Below are positions 48,930 through 61,975 of a DNA stretch of 64,000 nucleotides, one piece after another. Every line of letters begins with the position of its first letter. The stretch's first letter is position 1. The position numbers and the translations under genes are program-made. Location: NCBI GenBank assembly GCA_028534125.1, contig CM052818.1:32800001-32864000 (forward strand). The letters run 5' to 3'. The notes beneath the pieces were generated by a model. That model saw nothing but the letters and a program-made list of their open reading frames with translations, ran no database searches and was not told the origin of the DNA. Origin of the DNA: Lama glama. Taxonomy: Eukaryota.

Positions 48930-49392
48930 GGACCCCAGGACACCAGGGCCCAGTGCTGGTTCTACCACTAGTGGTAGCTTTCTTGTCTGTGAAAAGGATT
49001 ACTAATAGCTCCTACCTCATGGAGTTGATCTGATGATTTAAAAAATTAGATGATGTATGAAAAGTGCTGACCGATACACTTGGCCATAATAAGCTGTTTT
49101 TATTCGTATGCTATGCCATTAGGCTTCTAGAGAACTGACAGTAAACTGGACAAGGCCCCTACTTGGGCAGTGAGGCACCAGGACTATGGCCACAGGCTTT
49201 GATATCAGACACAGCTGCGTTTAGACGCCAACTCCAGCATCTTCTAGCTGAGTGATCCTGGGCAAGTCACCTAACTTCTTTTAGCTTCAGTACCCATCTC
49301 ATAGGATTATTGCATGGATCAGTGATGTAGCCCATGTGAAGCTGTTGGCTTCCTGCCTCGCATGTAGTAGTGCTCAATCAATGGTGGTTATC
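48930..49392 (+). mobile_element. Two MIR fragments
   Basis: ctacctcatggagttgatctgatgattt and tagctgagtgatcctgggcaagtcacctaacttc...gtagtgctcaatcaatggtggtta. Confidence 0.7.
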
Positions 49393-49509
49393 ATTCCAGG
49401 TTCTTAGAGAAAGGGGCCGTAAGAAACCAGATGAGAGAGGCAGCTAAGACAGCTGTTGAGCTAGGGGTGTTGAAAGAAACTAGGAAAGCAAAGTCCATCC
49501 CTTTGGGGT

Positions 49510-49800
49510 CCATAGTTTCCAGTGGTGCTATAACAAATTGCCATAAACTTGGTAGCTTAAAACAGCAAAAATGTTTTTTCTTTCACAGTTCTGGAGGCCA
49601 GAAGTCCAAAATCAGCATTGCTGGGCTGACATCAAGGTGTCTGCAGGGCCACACTCCTTCCAGAGGCTCCAAGGGAGAATCTGTTCCTTGCCTATTTCAG
49701 CTTCTGGGGTCTGCTGACAGTCCTTGGTTTGTGGCTGCATTACTCTAAGCTTTGATTCTAGCTTCACATGGCCCTCTCATTTGTGTGTGGTTTGTGTGTG
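49510..49800 (-). mobile_element. MaLR MLT1-type LTR (cut by the assembly gap)
   Basis: tagtttccagtggtgctataacaaattgccataaacttggtagcttaaaacagc...cacagttctggaggccagaagtccaaaatc...gggagaatctgttccttgcc. Confidence 0.88.
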
Positions 49801-49806
49801 TGTGTG

Positions 49807-50306
49807 NNNNNNNNNNNNNNNNNNNNNNNNNNNNNNNNNNNNNNNNNNNNNNNNNNNNNNNNNNNNNNNNNNNNNNNNNNNNNNNNNNNNNNNNNNNNNN
49901 NNNNNNNNNNNNNNNNNNNNNNNNNNNNNNNNNNNNNNNNNNNNNNNNNNNNNNNNNNNNNNNNNNNNNNNNNNNNNNNNNNNNNNNNNNNNNNNNNNNN
50001 NNNNNNNNNNNNNNNNNNNNNNNNNNNNNNNNNNNNNNNNNNNNNNNNNNNNNNNNNNNNNNNNNNNNNNNNNNNNNNNNNNNNNNNNNNNNNNNNNNNN
50101 NNNNNNNNNNNNNNNNNNNNNNNNNNNNNNNNNNNNNNNNNNNNNNNNNNNNNNNNNNNNNNNNNNNNNNNNNNNNNNNNNNNNNNNNNNNNNNNNNNNN
50201 NNNNNNNNNNNNNNNNNNNNNNNNNNNNNNNNNNNNNNNNNNNNNNNNNNNNNNNNNNNNNNNNNNNNNNNNNNNNNNNNNNNNNNNNNNNNNNNNNNNN
50301 NNNNNN
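49807..50306. other. Assembly gap (500 N)
   Basis: Run of exactly 500 N following a (TG)n tract. Confidence 1.
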
Positions 50307-51559
50307 GCCAGAGCTGCTGGGTACCAGTGCTTTGGGGTAGGTAGAGGCACTTACTGAGAAAGGCCCACTTTGAGACGTTGTGCCCTCCGTCTAGTCTACC
50401 CCAGGTTCCCTCACCTTGTTCACTTGTTGGCTTCTGCCGATTTCAACAATGGCCAGGACAACAGTATTTATCCAAGTTTTATTGTGGGTTTGCCAACCTC
50501 TGCTTCAGGATCTGAGCACAAGGCATGAGCGAGGCAGGCGGGACCCCTGCCCTCACAGCATTCCCAGTCTCGGTCTCATGGAAGTGCACCAGCTTTCAGC
50601 CTGTGTCTTGGACTCTGTTCTTGCTGCCATTCACACTTGGATTTGGCCGTGGGATTGCAGACATGGAGTTCTGACCTTAATGTGTCCTTCCACTTGTTTT
50701 CAGCTTTGGCTATTTTCTGGTCCCTGCTCCTCTTCCATCTGTTCCTTTCCCTTTCCAGGGTCGGCACTTAGCCCCTGCTACACGCCTGGTCCAGCCTGGC
50801 ACGTTTGAACTGGCTAATGCTGACTGCTCCATTTATCCATCCGTTTACCTCATCATGGACCCATCCACAATCTGCAATTCTGTTTTCTGGCCAGGTCTCT
50901 TAACATCCTGCTTTGCCTCCTAAGTATAACGTCACATTCGTTTTTTTGGATTTAACCACCACTCTTGGTCTTTTGGCTCTGATCCTGAATTCAAAAGGTG
51001 TTAGTAATTTGCAGTTATTGACCTATTCTACCTACCCAGATCCAGAACAAGGGGGGCACCCAGAGGAGGTTAAAGAAGGCCATGATGACCTGAGCAAAAT
51101 TTCTGTTATTGTGATCTTGAGATGCTTGCCAGCCATACCAGCTGACAGTTTAATTGTCGCAGCGCTTCCCAAGGAGGCAGCATTTGGCTGGCTGCTTTCT
51201 TACACAGCGCAGCTTGGGCCAGGTTAATAAGTGTACTTTGTAGACTGTGAATAATCTCTTTGCACAAAGCAATCTGTTTACTTTGGGGTGTACAACCCAA
51301 TGATCAGCATACACACTCTTCACAACTTTCTCTTCAGTTCTTTACTTGCTTCTCTTTCCTAGAAAAGGGTAGAAAAGGTGAAAGTGAATGTTTGAAAAGC
51401 CTTAAACAAAAGGAATGTGTGTCTGAAGTTTTTAATAATCACGTGTATGTCCTTTTCGAACACACGGTGCAGGAGAACCTTGAGTGTATTTTTGTTTATT
51501 TCTCTATATAGTATTATGTAGCAAAGGGGTGGGAAGATGGAGGAGAAAGAGAGAAAGGA

Positions 51560-51760
51560 ACTGATTTTTACTGAGTGCCTCTAAGTACCAGGCACTGGGG
51601 TGGGTACTTTGCAGATATTATCTCATTTAAGTCTTACAACGATCCTCAGAGTTAGGTACTATTACCTAATTTTATAGACGAGGGAATTGAGACAGAAAGT
51701 TCAAAGGCTTGCCCAAGGTCATGAAGTTGAGATTTGGAACTGGAACTTGAACACATATCC
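51560..51760 (-). mobile_element. MIR SINE
   Basis: tttactgagtgcctctaagtaccaggcactggg...tctcatttaagtcttacaacgatcc...ttttatagacgagggaattgagacaga...cttgcccaaggtca. Confidence 0.85.
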
Positions 51761-52799
51761 TGATGTCAGTACCTAATACAAATGGAATAATAATAACAAA
51801 ACACCTTTTAGAAATCGGCTATGAACGGAACTAAAACTAGTCCAAAACACTCGAGGCATATTATTACCTCTTTGCTGGAACAAGGACTGACGTGGGCTTT
51901 AGAAACCTGGAATTTCTTTCTTAACGGAGACTTGTAAGTATAAAGGCACTGCAGTTGTAGCTGGAGGTTGCCACCTGCAAGTCTGCATTTTTAAACTGTC
52001 TTGCCTTAATTAACACTCCTCGAGGTCTTTAAGATACAAAGATAAGAGCTGTCATAGGCATGACAAGTATGATTGCAATATTGCTCCCAAAGCAAAGAAA
52101 CATTCCAGAGACATTGCAAGGGCCTGGCTGAATCAGAGGTGAGTCCCAGTGGCCTGTATGCCATACTCTGGAGATGCCCCAAAGTGGAATTCTGCAGGGA
52201 GACTTCAGTACTTGGGCAGAAGACCCTCACTGTCATTAAAGTATAAATGCTCTTTGGCGGTATTAGGAGGAGGTACTTGGAGGTGTTGTTATCCGTTATT
52301 TCACCTGAGTGGGAAAGAATTTCAGACTCTGTCTGGGGATCTGTTTTAAAGGGAGAGAAAACCCAAGGCTGTCAGGTGCAGGGGGCTGGGCAGAGGATGG
52401 CCACAGCCACGGGGTGAGTATGAAAGCGGTGAAGTCAGACTCCAGTTCCAGCCAACCCCACGTTTCACTTGGGATTGGTCCTTGGAATGAAACAGTATTT
52501 TAATCCTGCAGCTAAAGGCCCTAAAACTGCACTAACTGCAAACAGGGATGGGAGTCTCAGAAGTAGATGGAAACTTCCACGGAAGGAAAATACAAGCCCA
52601 AAGAGTGAGCAAAGGGCAAAAAGATATTTCGGAAATTGGGGTCAAAATGATTTCCCAGGGCAACGGGTGAAGACAGGGAGCCAGGAAACAGCAGCGAGAG
52701 ATCCACAGGTGGTGGGAAGAGGATGTAGACCCAGCTTATGTGTTTTGATTGTCTGTGACGAGACACAGAAAATGCTGTACTGTTGTTTTCACTGTGGTG

Positions 52800-53420
52800 G
52801 CCTTACCCTCCCTACAACCGCCTGGAAGGTAGTGTTGTTGTCCATATTACATGGGGAAGCTGAGGTCCAGGAGAAGTGCCAGGTCCCAGGTCACCCAGTT
52901 AGCAGGTAGGACCTGGGATCCTGTTCGACTCCACGGCTGTGCTCTTCCCACCAGCCCACGGCTGCTTCCCACATGCATCATGATCAAGGATCCAAGGAAC
53001 CAAGAGAGATGAATGAACAGTGTGGAAGGCACCTGAGCTGTAGAGCCAGCAGATCTGAGTTGAAATCTTGGCTCTGTCACTCAATTGTTGCGTGGCCTTC
53101 AGAAGTATTTGACCTTCTCAACCTTCTTTCCCCCTCCTACAGAAAGCGGGTGGGAGTTCCCTCCTCTTCCACTTTAGAAGTTGGTCGTTCACACTTAAAA
53201 TGCAGATGATGACAGTAAAGATGCAAATCGTAATAGTTCACGTTCATTGAGTAATTGCTGTGCGCCCCACGCTGTTCTAAGCAGCTCCCTTATATTATTT
53301 ACTCCTTACCACAGCTACATTAGATAGAGATGATTGATTCCCATTTTACAAGGTGAGGAAACCAATGCATAGTGATATTAAACATGCTGTCCAAGGCCCT
53401 CTAGGTGGTAAGTGGGAAAG
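52800..53420. mobile_element. Cluster of MIR fragments in both orientations
   Basis: ggggaagctgaggtccaggaga; tctgagttgaaatcttggctctgtcactc; cccattttacaaggtgaggaaacc...ccaaggccctctaggtggtaagtgg. Confidence 0.7.
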
Positions 53421-54929
53421 TTATGAAGGAGAGGCACAGATAAGCCCTTGGGGCTGGGGGTGTGGAGATCTGCAAGGATTGTAGAAGAGTTGACCTCATG
53501 CCACCACTGGGCCCTGCATAGTCTTTGCCCAACAGATGGGAGCTCAACAGGTAATGACTGATTTCTTCTTTTAGGTCCTCCCTGCCTCGGTCATTTCTCC
53601 CAGAGGCTTCTTGTTCTCGAGCCTTAATTTCCTCCTTGCTGTTTTTTAGCCGAAGCCCTTGTGATTCAGTTCACTCTCCTGCCAGGCTTTCTTTCCTCAG
53701 TCAGGTCTCAATTCCATCATCCATCACCAATCCTCATCCTCACATGTCAACAGTCTCCCAGGTTCCTGTCTTTTGCTCCTCTGGTTCCTCTATTTCCCGG
53801 CACCTCATCACTTCCTATGCTTGCTTCTCAGGCTCTGATCTTGGGAGGCAGCTTTACTGGCTTCAGCTCCCTAAACAGTTACCTCCAGGAGCCCTTGGTC
53901 CAGTGGGATGTGGCGGAGGCTGTAGGACATCTGCATGTCAGAGAAGGAGTTGGGTGGGATGTGATTGACCTTTAAGAGTACTCTGTCTCAGAGCAACTAT
54001 TATAAAGCAAACACAGAGCTGGTGTGTGCTGGGCCGGATCGGGAAACAAAGTCCAAGGAATGGGCATCTGGAGCTCCTGGTCGCACACAGTGTGACCAGA
54101 CCCAATAAGGAGCTCCCTATGAACCCAGGCCACACGGCTTAAGGTTTGAATTCTAGGGGGAAAGCCATCAATTCAAGATGTGGGGAAGCAGACTGAGTCC
54201 CCACTGCTGGCCTTCTTGCTGCAATGCAGCTCTCTCCACCTCCCCCACCCACCCTTTTCTCTGAATTTTGTTTAAGAAGCTACAGGTGATAGTAGTCAAG
54301 TCACTAGATGATGAAAGTGAAGGAAAAAAAAGACACTTCTGTTACATAGGGCAAAGGAGGAGTAGAGACCCAGAAAAACCCACGTCTCCATGGCCTAAAA
54401 ATAGGTTAAAAGACTGATGGGAGCTTGTGACCCTAGACAGAGGAACAGCGCTGTGCTGGCCGAAGAGCACTGTGCACCGCAGCCACGCTGAGTAACCAAG
54501 TAACCGCCGAGGCCACGAAGCCTCCTCTCCCGGCCGTGCTGCTGCCATCTGCACCCCATGGGTCCTTCCTGGAGGTGGAGCAGCCCCCCTCCCCTCTTCT
54601 CCCCACAGCAGCCCCAGCGGATGAGGCTTGGTGCTCTGGGCGTGGGGGAGGGAGCAACCTGACTGATTATACCCACCTCCCCCAAAGCTCCTTTTAGAGT
54701 GGGCTGTTCCACTTTCCCTGTAGCTTAGCAACGCAAGCCCCTGACAACTGATTTATTGGGAAAAAGCTTGACTTTTTCCAAGCAGGTTTTCTCTTTTCTT
54801 TCCATCTTTTCTTTCCCTTCTTTTCAAATAATCAAACCTTGACAATGATGAGGTCCTTGTGGATTCCTCCCAGGGATGCTGGTTTCACCTGGCTTGGCTA
54901 TCGTGGACCCCTGCTTGGACATCAGCTTT

Positions 54930-55445
54930 CTCCCTGTCTTCCAGCCTCAGGTCTCATCGCAGTCCTTCATCCATATTGTAGCCAGGTTGATCTTTCTGAA
55001 GTTCAGTTCTGATGAGCTTCCTCTCTTGCTTAAAACCCTTTGATAGCTCCCAGGAGAAATCTTCTCACCTGGCCCCACAGTGACAAACCCTGTCTATCTG
55101 ATGTCACCCATCCTTTGTCACACCTTCACACCCTCTGCTTCACCAGATTATAATTTTTTCTTGCCTTCAGAGCTTTGACTCTGCTGTTTCCTCTGCCTGG
55201 AAAGCCTTACTTCTGCTTACTTAGCTGTGAAATGTTCTTCGAGATTCAGCTTAAACATTGGCTCCTCTGTGAGCCTTCCCTGACCCCTCCCAGGACAGAA
55301 CTGACCACCCCTTCCTCTACTTCTGGGGCTTATATGTGGAATTGTCACTAGACTGTGAACTCCTGGAGGGCAGGGAGTATTTCTCATCCTCCAGCATGTG
55401 GCCAGTGCCCAGCCCAGTGCCTGACACGTGGAGGAGGGTGAACTA
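54930..55445 (+). mobile_element. L2 LINE 3' fragment
   Basis: tgcttaaaaccctttgatagctccc...gctgtttcctctgcctggaa...actagactgtgaactcctggagggcaggga...cccagcccagtgcctgacac. Confidence 0.8.
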
Positions 55446-55829
55446 TATACATGATCAGATGAGTAAGTGAAAGATACTGGAAGGAAGGAGGAGAGGAGGG
55501 AGAATGGGAGGGAGGGAGGGAGAGAGGAAGATGTGATGGAAACACACAAGTCTAAACATCCAGAAGGCAACATCCAAGAAGGTAGAGAAATGGAGTCCAG
55601 AGTGACGTCTGACCGCCAGGATGAAGGTGGCTTCTCTTTCATTCCCAGGACCCAAACTTGCGGATCAGAGGCAAGGCAAGGTGGGCTTCTGGAGGCCTGG
55701 CACAGGTACATGGTAATAGAAAATGCAAAGCCAAACCAGCTGAGCCCATTTGCTCCCAGATCGCTTCCTGCCTGTCTCTCGCTCTGCTCTGAATCACAGG
55801 GAGGCTGACCACTGGCGGCTTCTCGTCAT

Positions 55830-56198
55830 TGGCTTTTGGCTGCTTTGACCAATCGGAGGTGTTGATGGGAAGCGAGGGCATTTTTCTCTGTTAGCCTCTA
55901 ATGGCATTTCTGGCAGTGACTCTTTTTGGGTCTCTGGTACCTGCCAGATAGGCCTGCTCCTATTCCAGCTTTTGGCGGGTGACCCTGGCCCCTGGGCTCA
56001 GGTGACGCTGCTTCTCTCTCTCCTTGTCTTTCTAGTCCTGGGGGGTGACGGTTGCTTCCAGCTGCTCAGGGTTGCCTCATCATCCCCTGGTAGATTTACC
56101 AGCTTCTCTGTCACTCATGTAACCAGTTCCCTGCAGTAAATCCCCCTTGTTGTAAATCTTCAGAGTGGTTTCTGTTTTTTGGTTGGACCCTAATATAC
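55830..56198 (+). mobile_element. ERVL LTR (LTR33-like)
   Basis: ggcagtgactctttttggg...gtgaccctggcccctgggctc...gtaaccagttccctgcagtaaatccc...gagtggtttctgtttttggttggaccctaatatac. Confidence 0.7.
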
Positions 56199-57679
56199 CC
56201 GTTAAGTGACCCCATTATAGGGGATAAGGTCACTGATGCTTGCTTTGGAGGAGGTGGTGTATTTCCCTGTGTCTTTTTCTGGCTTATGATGGGGTTAGGT
56301 TGTGTGATGTATATGTTTAAACTAGATGGATGGGGGTTGGGTGCATTTTCTTGGTCTCCAGACCACATTGCTGCTCACTTTGAGCTCCGAGGGCCCTCTT
56401 TGCAAGTTCTGCATCAGCAACAGGTCCTCTGGGCTTCAGTGACTCTGCCTGGCCCCTGCCTGCAGCCCCCCTGCGCCTGGGAAGAAGATGGGGATCTGGC
56501 CTCAGCCACTGAGTTCCTATTGGAAGAGTAGCATAAAGGAGGATGTCAGGGCAGCAAGGAGCTGGCGAAAGGAAGAATAGACTGTGAGGCATGAAGAAGG
56601 GAGGAAAGGAAAGGGGAAAGATGGGGAAGAGAGAGAACGGGACAGAGGTATCCGTGTTTAGCACATTGTCTGCACATAGGAGGGCTCAACTGATATTTGT
56701 TGAATGAATGAAAGGATAGAGGAAGTAGAAGGAACAGGCAGAGTGTGGGTGGTACTGGTAATGATCAAGTGACCTTAGTCCCCATTCCCGCTGCTGTCAC
56801 CCTGCTTCAGGGCTTCCCAACAGCTCACCCATGACAACAGTTTCCTAACTGGTTTCCTACAATCTCCATGACCCCTGATGCAGGGACTTTCCGAAATCAT
56901 GGTCTTGGTCGTTTGAACGAAAATGCATTAGTGGCTCCTAGAAGTGTAGAGATGAAATTCTGTTGTGCACTTCTGAGCATCATCTTCTACTGCCTACTTT
57001 CAACCTGGACTCTTCACATTGTTCCCCACTTCTGGAACATTTGTAGGGATCATTTCCTTATAAGGCATGCTTCTTAGCCTCAGTCCTGCATCCTAAACGT
57101 GCTTCCTCGGTATCTATCTGTTTTCTTTTAAGGCTTAGTATTCTAACATAATTTGAGACAGCCCTGGGGAACAGGAAGTTGGGTAACTGAACTCAGATCT
57201 GGCCCCTGACCCCATCTCCTGGTGGTGGTCCCACTCCAGCAGCCAGGAGGTCACTGGGCCATCAGTTTAAACAATTTACACCTTTCCTGCAACGGACTTC
57301 CTCCTGTTTATATATCCATCTTCCTCTCTAGTGAGCTGTTCTCTCTCTGAGTTCCTGAGACATAATGAGGGGGAGCCAGGCTCTTGGTGCATGAAAGGGC
57401 CCAGCCCCCTGAGGCAGACTTGTTCATGCTGGGAGAGGTCTCAGGATGTCTGTTGCTGGCTGTGTGTGCCAGAGCAGATGTGGGGACCAGCACTGGGCAA
57501 GTGAGGAGGAGACAAATGAACATTTCAAACTGTGTTTCCCCCACAGCCTAGTGGGGCAGATGGGAAGCCAGGCTGGGACTTGAAAATTCTTTTGCTGACT
57601 TTGCCAGGAAAACTAGAAGACATCTAGTTCAACTGTACCACTCAAATTCAATCTGATTAATGTTTGCAGATACCCATGG

Positions 57680-57880
57680 TATGGCATGGTGGGTTCCATT
57701 TGCACAGACCTGGCCGTGACTCTCTGCTCTGCTACTTAACCAGCTCTGCAGGCAAAGTACTTATCTCTTATTTTCTTCATCTGTAAAATTAAATAATAAA
57801 TACCCTTCTTACAGAGTTCCAAGTAGTTTGCATCCAATAAGTCTTCAATAAAAGGATACTACTCTTATTACTGCTATTTA
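57680..57880 (+). mobile_element. MIR SINE
   Basis: ctctgctacttaaccagctctg...tttcttcatctgtaaaatt...gtcttcaataaa. Confidence 0.7.
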
Positions 57881-58004
57881 TTAATTTATAAATTATTTAA
57901 GAAACCTCTTAGGGCTAAACTCTGTGCTTGGCTTTGAAGCTACAAGTGAAGATACAGACATGAAAAAGAGTTTGTCAGTACTTTAGGGAGCTGACAGTCT
58001 ACAG

Positions 58005-58196
58005 CAGAGGTGGTCCTTGGCTTAATTCTGGCTCAGTGCCTGTTTTTGTAAATAAAGTTTAATTAGCACACAGCCAAGTCCATTTATTTACATATTGTCT
58101 ATGACTGCCTTCATGCTACAATAGTGGGCGATATAACCCGCAAAGTCCAAAATATTTACCATCTGGACCTTTATAGAAAACGTTTGCTAACCCTTG
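58005..58196 (+). mobile_element. MER58A hAT-Charlie MITE with 8-bp TSD
   Basis: gcctgtttttgtaaataaagttttaattagcacacagcc...cccgcaaagtccaaaatatttaccatctggacctttatagaaaacgtttgctaacccttg. TSD gtctacag (57997-58004) / gtctagag (58197-58204). Confidence 0.9.
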
Positions 58197-59487
58197 GTCT
58201 AGAGAGGAAGATGGATATATAATCAGGAGGAAGTCAGTTGCAGGAGAGGTGTAAATTGTTTAAACTGATGGCCCAGAAAAAGCGAGAATCAATTCTGACG
58301 TGAGTGGGCATCAGGGTTTTAAGCCAGGCCTTGAAGGCTGAGAAGAAAATTGATCCCTAGATCCTGGGAGTGCGGAGGGATGGGAATAGGCATGTCAAGA
58401 TGACCACAGGGGTTTTAAAGGGATATAATGCATATGAGGATGGAAGAGACTAGAAATTAAATGGCTAGTCCAAATTAAATAGCTAGTTGACTTTGGAGTC
58501 AGAACTTAAACTTGGTTCAGTGCCTTGTAGAATTTATATTACTTTGTATTTAGACAGAATTTTATAAAATACAACATGCCTTAACACATACTATCTTCTT
58601 TAATCCACACAACCACATTAGGAGGAAGGTATTATTAGTCTGATTTTATAGATAAAGGATACTGAGAAAAGAATAAATACTTAGTCAAGAAGTAGCATTA
58701 CTGGGCCTTGAGTACAGGGAAGGGGTCTATGACTGTGGCAAGGGTACAAGGTCAGTGCAGGTAGGAACTCTGTTGCAGGAATATGTCCTGGTTGCCTGGT
58801 GCACGATGTAACTGACAGGCCTAAAAACATAGGTAGGGTAACCTCAGGCCTACACACCTATGGGTTATTCAAAATTCAAAATGTCTTTAGTGAAGATCTG
58901 TTTTGTATATGTACAGAGTTAGATGCTGAGAGAAAACCCAGAGGAGTGTAAGACAAGACCATCCTGGCCTGTAGGTTCAGTTGAGGCCATAACCCTCCAA
59001 GTCTCTTAATGGTTTGAAACCATTCATGTCAAGTGACCAGTGTTGGTGCTAACAACAAGGGCACAGGAGTTAGAGGCTGTATCAGGAAGGCTCCATAAAG
59101 GGTGTGGGGCTGGAGCTGGGGTCTGGCTGATTCTATGCTGAGGATTAATTCAGGCAGCCATCTGCTCACATTACAAAATCCTCATAAAGCCATAGAACCT
59201 CAGAGCTGGAAGGGACCCCACTTCTCCCTATCAATTTACAGAGGGGAAAACTGAGTCCCCAAGAAAGGACCAAGTTGCAAATAAGTACTGATATGGAATT
59301 CACACCCAAGTTTCCCTTTGAAATTCAGGGCTCTTTCTATAGCAGTGTTTTCTCCCTTTCTTCTGAATTAACCCAATTGACTTTCTTTTTCAGATGCATC
59401 CAAGGGAGTGCTCATAGATGAATACCCCCCAAACTACCCAGTGGGTGCATGACACTCTTCATTCTCCTTTCCCTGCTCCCCAGTTTT

Positions 59488-59878
59488 CCCTTTTTTCTTT
59501 TTCTAATTCTTTTAGGTGGTAGGTTGGGTTGTTAACTTTAGATTGTTCTTAATTTTTGAGGAAGGCCTGTGTCACTATGAACTTTCCTCTTAGGACTGCT
59601 TTTGCTGTATCCCATAGATTTTGTGTGGTTGTGTTTTCATGGTTATTTTTCTCAAGGTATTTTCTTCTTTGATTTCATTGTTGACCCATTGGTTTTTTAG
59701 TAGCTTGTTGGTTAGTCTCCATGTAGTCATTTTTTTCCTCATTTTTCTTTCTGTGGTTGATTTTTAGTTTTATACCATCATGGTTAGAAAAGATGCTTGA
59801 AATAATTTCTGTCCTCTTAAATGTATTGAGGCCTGTTTTATGTCTGAGTATGTGATCTATCCTAGAGAACATTCCATG
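59488..59878 (-). mobile_element. Isolated internal LINE-1 ORF2 endonuclease-region fragment with flanking direct repeats
   Basis: ORF 59675-59872 FSRIDHILRHKTGLNTFKRTEIISSIFSNHDGIKLKIN is the C-terminus of the L1 APE domain. Flanks ttccctgctccccagtttt / ttccctgcccccattttt. Confidence 0.88.
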
Positions 59879-59959
59879 TTCCCTGCCCCCATTTTTAATA
59901 TCTCCCTGCTTCCTCCGGGATAAAGACCAAAGCTTAGCCTGAGAGACTTTTGAGGATAA

Positions 59960-60200
59960 TGGATATGAGTGTGAGAACTGGCATCAAACTTTCTGGATTT
60001 GAACCCCCGCTCTAACACTTAATCACTGTATGGCTCTAGGCAAGTGATATAACCATCCCGTGTTTTAGTTTTCTCATCTATAAAATGGCTGTAATTATAG
60101 GAATTAACTCAGAAGTTTGGAAGAAATAAGATAATTCATGAACAAGACATAGATGAGAGTTTGGTGTCTAGTAGGTGCTCAATAAAAATTAGCTAAATGA
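59960..60200 (+). mobile_element. MIR SINE
   Basis: ctggatttgaacccccgctctaacacttaatc...ggcaagtgatataacc...gttttctcatctataaaatgg...gtaggtgctcaataaa. Confidence 0.85.
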
Positions 60201-61659
60201 TTGGTATTAGCCTGGTGTTTTTCTGACCCAGAAGTTGGACTCCAGACCATTTGCCCAACCTGGCCTCCCCAAACAGGTCTACTTACTGTCTCTTATAAGC
60301 TAAGTGCCATTTTTCCTCTTGAACCCCTCCTGTTTGTTCCCCTGTTCTTCCTTGCATGAACCTTACTCTCTACTTAAGTGGGATGTCTGTTTTACTGCAT
60401 GCCTTGGAAGCCCCAGCCTCTTCTTTCTGAGAAGTCCTGCAGCACTCAGTCTGGACTTCTCTGGTGTCCTGCTGCTGTTACCCATCTTGTATGTCCATAC
60501 CCAGCCATCCCAAGGGGGCAAGTTCAAGGTTCACCTAGCACTTCCCATCAGATTTTGCACATGGCAAGTGGGTAGCACTCATCTAATGCTTCACTTATTG
60601 AACACCTATGATATAAAGAGACCTTAGCTCCACACTAGGGATACAGGATTGATGAGCCCCATCTCCAGCCTCACAGTGGGATGGGAGACACAGACTCATA
60701 GCCCAGTGCTCAGCACTAGAATAGAAGTGGAACCACAGCTCAAGGGAGCCCCTGGAAGGAGAGAGTAATCAGTGTGTTGGAGGGTGATGACAAACGAAGG
60801 TGAAGGAACTGAAGAGGGAGATTCCAGAGTCATTATACCGGAAGAGTGAGTGGATCTGGGCACTGAAGGGCGAGGAAGAGTTAAAGCTGATTCTGGGCTT
60901 TCCAGCCTGGACTCCTGACAGCATCTGTTTGAAAGGTAGCCAAGCCTGGTGAGGGCTGCCATAAACAGGGAACAGTGTGAGGACTGGGCCTGGCCGAACG
61001 GGTGTATGTTACTCCATCTTGGTAGAGGAGGGAACCAGGTCTGACAATAGGAAAGCGCAGGAAGACTGACAACCAGGGAAGGTCCATCTGTGCCTGGTGC
61101 TGGAGGGGGTGGCCTGAAAAAGAGAGATGGACGGCGGCAGCAAGGTCAGGGAGAGACAGGTGTGGGCGGGGGAAAGGGCAGTTGAGGAATGAATTCGGAG
61201 GGAACTCTGAGCATGTGGGGGGCAGAGGAGGGTTTTGAAGGCCCCAGTTGCACTGGGCAGTGGTATTGGCAGAAATAGAGGAGTCCAGGAGGAGGATAAA
61301 GTTTGTGCTTTGCAAAGGGAATTGGGGTATTTAGGGGTGATCCAATGCTGACTTTGCGATGCTAACTGCATGCACAAGCACCAGAGAATCTCCCCAGTAG
61401 GCTTCAGGTGGCTCTGACCACCTGCCTTGTGAGAGGGAGAGGTGGGGCTCATGGAGGGGAGCAGGGACAGTGGGACACCGGAGGGGATAAAGGCACAGAG
61501 AGCTCCTTTAATGGTGAAGGGAGGCAGACAGGGACAGGCTGGGGGCTGATCTCAGGGAGCTGCCAAGTTAATGGAGTAAGAGAGGCCCAGTTCTGGGTGG
61601 AGCGTGACAAGTGACACCAGGCAGGTATAGAGTGCAGGGTCATTTCAGGAGGTGGGGTG

Positions 61660-61975
61660 GGATGGGCAGGAAGGGGGAGTTGTGGGGACGGAGAAGCCTC
61701 TGTGAGGGAAAGGGCATTTGAGGCCATCCTGAGAGAGAGGGTGGGATTTCAAGAGGTGGAGCGAGGGGAGAGTATTCTCAGTGAGGACCAGCGTGAGTAC
61801 CTGGGGCGAAGCTGGAAGGGTAAGCTGCCATCAGATGATGAGAGGGTACCGGATGCTGGGCTGAGGAGTTGATGTAGGAGCTTGGCAGTAGGAAGCAGCC
61901 CCTGAAGGTTTATGGCAGGGGATAGACCTACATGGACATTCTTCAAACTGGCTTTCAGAGAGTCCAGAATGGAAG
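61660..61975 (-). mobile_element. L2 LINE fragment
   Basis: ggagaagcctctgtgagggaaagggcatttgaggccatcctga...gtaggaagcagcccctgaaggtttatggcagggg. Confidence 0.6.

Noticed and set aside
49724..50357. ~200-aa ORFs
   Set aside because: Artefacts of the N gap.
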